Positions 61,896-64,000 of a DNA stretch of 64,000 nt are shown piece after piece. Positions within the stretch are counted from its first letter, which is position 1, and each line of letters begins with the position of its first letter. Source of the stretch: Gemmatimonadaceae bacterium (lineage in GTDB: Bacteria > Gemmatimonadota > Gemmatimonadetes > Gemmatimonadales > Gemmatimonadaceae). Under the pieces are notes generated by a model. The model made no database searches. It was not told the origin of the DNA and saw nothing but the letters and a program-made list of their open reading frames with translations. The translations under genes were made by a program, and so were the position numbers. Where the stretch lies: the NCBI GenBank assembly GCA_045803545.1, contig JBJMOW010000002.1, forward strand, positions 1 through 64,000, read 5' to 3'.

Positions 61896-63416
61896 CTAGG
61901 ACAACGCCCGTTCCACCGCCTCCGCTACTTGGCGAGCTAACGCGCTCGCCTGCTTCACTAATTCGTCCGCCCGCTGCAGCAGCGACTGTCCGCGGCTCCT
62001 ATCCTCCAGCGCCCGGACATTGACCCGGGTGTTATATCCTGCGCCCTTCGCCGCAGCCTCGGCGAGCAACGCGGCAACCCCTGCGTCCGTCACCGCATTG
62101 CCATTCCCGCGCTCCGCGACAGCGAGCGCAAGCTTTGCGACCTCGACGGCCGCGGTCGCAGTCTCGATGGGCACTTCTGCAGCGCCAAGCAATGCCTTCG
62201 TCACCGCTTCAGACCTGCGGGCGGCTGCGTCCGCGGGCTCCTTCGGAAGCTTGTAGGCCTCCGAGACCGATGCGTAGGCGTCGGCATCCCGCTTCACCAG
62301 CGCGGAGAGTTCGTTACCGAGCGCAACGGCGCTTTGGGCGATGTCTCTCATCTCGAGGTCTACCGCAGCGTATTTCTTTTTGCCGACGGTGAGGCCGGCG
62401 ACCATCTGAGCCAGTGCAGCGGCGAGTGCACCTGCGTGCGCTGCGACGCTGCCCCCGCCAGGAACCGGATTCGACGAGGCCACGCTCGCAAGGAATCCGC
62501 TCAGACTCTCACCACCGCCCACCACCTCACGGACCTGGCGGTCGAGCACCTGCTTGGGTGTGAACTGCTTCAGCTGCAGGTGACTCACCGCGGCCTCGAT
62601 CAGCACGCGCTCGGGCACCAGCCCGACGATTTCGCTCCACGTTACCATCGCACCCTCGGCTTCGGCGCGCATCTTCACGAAATCGAAGACGTGGTGGAGC
62701 GGCGTCTTCTCGGTGTCGACGAGGTTCATCGATACTTGCGCCTGGTCATCGACCTCGAGACCGAGGCCTTTGACGTAGCGGAATCCACCCGACGAGCCGC
62801 GCACTGCTTTGGCGATGTTCTTCGCGATCTGAAGATTGGACGCCGGGCCGAGGTAGATATTGTACGCGACGAGGAACGGGCGCGCGCCGATGGCGGTTGC
62901 CCCGCATGTTGGATGAATTTTGTCCGGACCGAAATCGGGTTTGCGCGCCGGATTCTTACCGATTTCTTCGCGCAGTCCCTCGAACTCGCCGCGGCGAACG
63001 TCAGCGAGATTCTCGCGCGTGGGCGTCGTGGCCGCACGCTCGTAGAGATAAACGGGAATCTGCAGCTCGCTGCCAACCCGCTGTCCAAGCTGACGGGCTA
63101 GGGCGATGCAGTCTTCCATCGTCGAGCCTTCGAGCGGAATGAAGGGCACGACATCGGTGGCACCGATCCGCGGGTGCTCACCACTGTGCTGGCAGAGATC
63201 GATCCGCTCCGAGGCGGCTTTGATACCGGCGAACGCTGCGTCGACTGCCGCGTCCACTGCTGCGATGAACGTGATCACCGAGCGGTTGTGCGATGCGTCC
63301 GAAGACACATCGAGCACCGACACGCCATCGACCGCCGCAATCGCGTCGCGAATCGCCGCGACGATCTCCGGACGCCGTCCCTCGGAAAAATTCGGTACGC
63401 ACTCAACCAGCTTCAT
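61896..63416 (-). CDS. ftcD: Bifunctional glutamate formiminotransferase / formiminotetrahydrofolate cyclodeaminase
   Basis: MKLVECVPNFSEGR, HNRSV, GEHPRIGATDVVPFIP, QVSMNL; C-terminal domain PVPGGGSVAA, NAVTD. Confidence 0.93.
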   Translation of the reverse strand: MKLVECVPNFSEGRRPEIVAAIRDAIAAVDGVSVLDVSSDASHNRSVITFIAAVDAAVDAAFAGIKAASERIDLCQHSGEHPRIGATDVVPFIPLEGSTMEDCIALARQLGQRVGSELQIPVYLYERAATTPTRENLADVRRGEFEGLREEIGKNPARKPDFGPDKIHPTCGATAIGARPFLVAYNIYLGPASNLQIAKNIAKAVRGSSGGFRYVKGLGLEVDDQAQVSMNLVDTEKTPLHHVFDFVKMRAEAEGAMVTWSEIVGLVPERVLIEAAVSHLQLKQFTPKQVLDRQVREVVGGGESLSGFLASVASSNPVPGGGSVAAHAGALAAALAQMVAGLTVGKKKYAAVDLEMRDIAQSAVALGNELSALVKRDADAYASVSEAYKLPKEPADAAARRSEAVTKALLGAAEVPIETATAAVEVAKLALAVAERGNGNAVTDAGVAALLAEAAAKGAGYNTRVNVRALEDRSRGQSLLQRADELVKQASALARQVAEAVERALS

Positions 63417-64000
63417 CAATTCTTTCCATTGCTCAGGTTTGCCCGCCGCACCGTCTGCAGCAGCCACGCGTGCATCGCAGGGTTGCCGGCGACGAACGAT
63501 CCGGCAATCAGTGAAGGGGGATTTCCGTCGAGATCAGTGACGATTCCACCTGCCTCCTGGACGATGATGACGCCGGCAGCGACGTCCCATGGCGCGAGCA
63601 GCAATTCCCAGAACGCGTCAAACCGGCCGCAGGCAACGTTCGACAGGTCGAGCGCTGCCGAGCCGGCGCGGCGAATTCCCGCCGTGCCGCGCATGACCAA
63701 ATTGAACTGGTCGAGATACTCGGGCAACTTTTCGATTGTTTTGAAGGGGAATCCTGTGCCAATCAACGAGCGACCTGGATCCCGGAGGTTCGAGACGTGA
63801 ATCGGCTTGCCGTCCAGGAACGCGCCACCGCCTCGTGACGCGGCAAACTCCTCCGACCGCGCGACGTTGAGCACGACACCCGCGCAGAGGTCGCCGTCGC
63901 GCGCGATGGCGATCGAGACGGAGTATTCCGGATACCCGTGCAGAAAGTTGGTGGTACCGTCCAGCGGGTCTGCGATTACAACAAGACCCTCACCGGCGAT
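63416..64000 (-). CDS. suhB: Inositol monophosphatase family protein (5'-truncated by window edge)
   Basis: DPLDGTTNFLHGYP read near 63930-63970, GSAALDL, PWDVAAG. Confidence 0.9.
   Translation of the reverse strand: MAGEGLVVIADPLDGTTNFLHGYPEYSVSIAIARDGDLCAGVVLNVARSEEFAASRGGGAFLDGKPIHVSNLRDPGRSLIGTGFPFKTIEKLPEYLDQFNLVMRGTAGIRRAGSAALDLSNVACGRFDAFWELLLAPWDVAAGVIIVQEAGGIVTDLDGNPPSLIAGSFVAGNPAMHAWLLQTVRRANLSNGKN

Overview
GC-rich bacterial chromosomal segment, probably Gemmatimonadota (inferred from SusC/SusD pairs and plug-only proteins in a GC-rich genome; not proven). It carries the core transcription/translation cluster: rpoC 3' part, rpsL-rpsG, and fusA-tuf-S10-spc-secY-adk-map. That cluster is broken at three places. 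(1) About 25 kb between rpoC and rpsL holds an NfeD-like/flotillin pair, two barrel-less TonB-plug proteins and three SusC-SusD modules. Each module is followed by a paralogous small lipoprotein, and two also have a second, convergent lipoprotein family. (2) About 15.6 kb between rpsG and fusA holds a putative galactofuranose locus (galK, a GalU-like transferase, a eukaryote-type UDP-galactopyranose mutase, a GT-B glycosyltransferase and three GH1-like domains, one fused to an RmlD-like reductase), plus SMP-30, Rieske oxygenase, APC permease and DUF4173-like genes. (3) After map, the usual infA/alpha operon is absent from the window; a frameshifted four-helix-bundle gene enclosed by ~73-bp inverted repeats sits there, followed by convergent ftcD and suhB. 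Notable non-coding signals are a gap-free 141-nt imperfect palindrome right after rpoC, a ~260-nt highly structured fusA leader, and GGARGCG heptamer arrays inside rplD and rpmC. No rRNA, tRNA or CRISPR array was recognised. All calls come from reading the sequence and from recalled family motifs; no searches were run.
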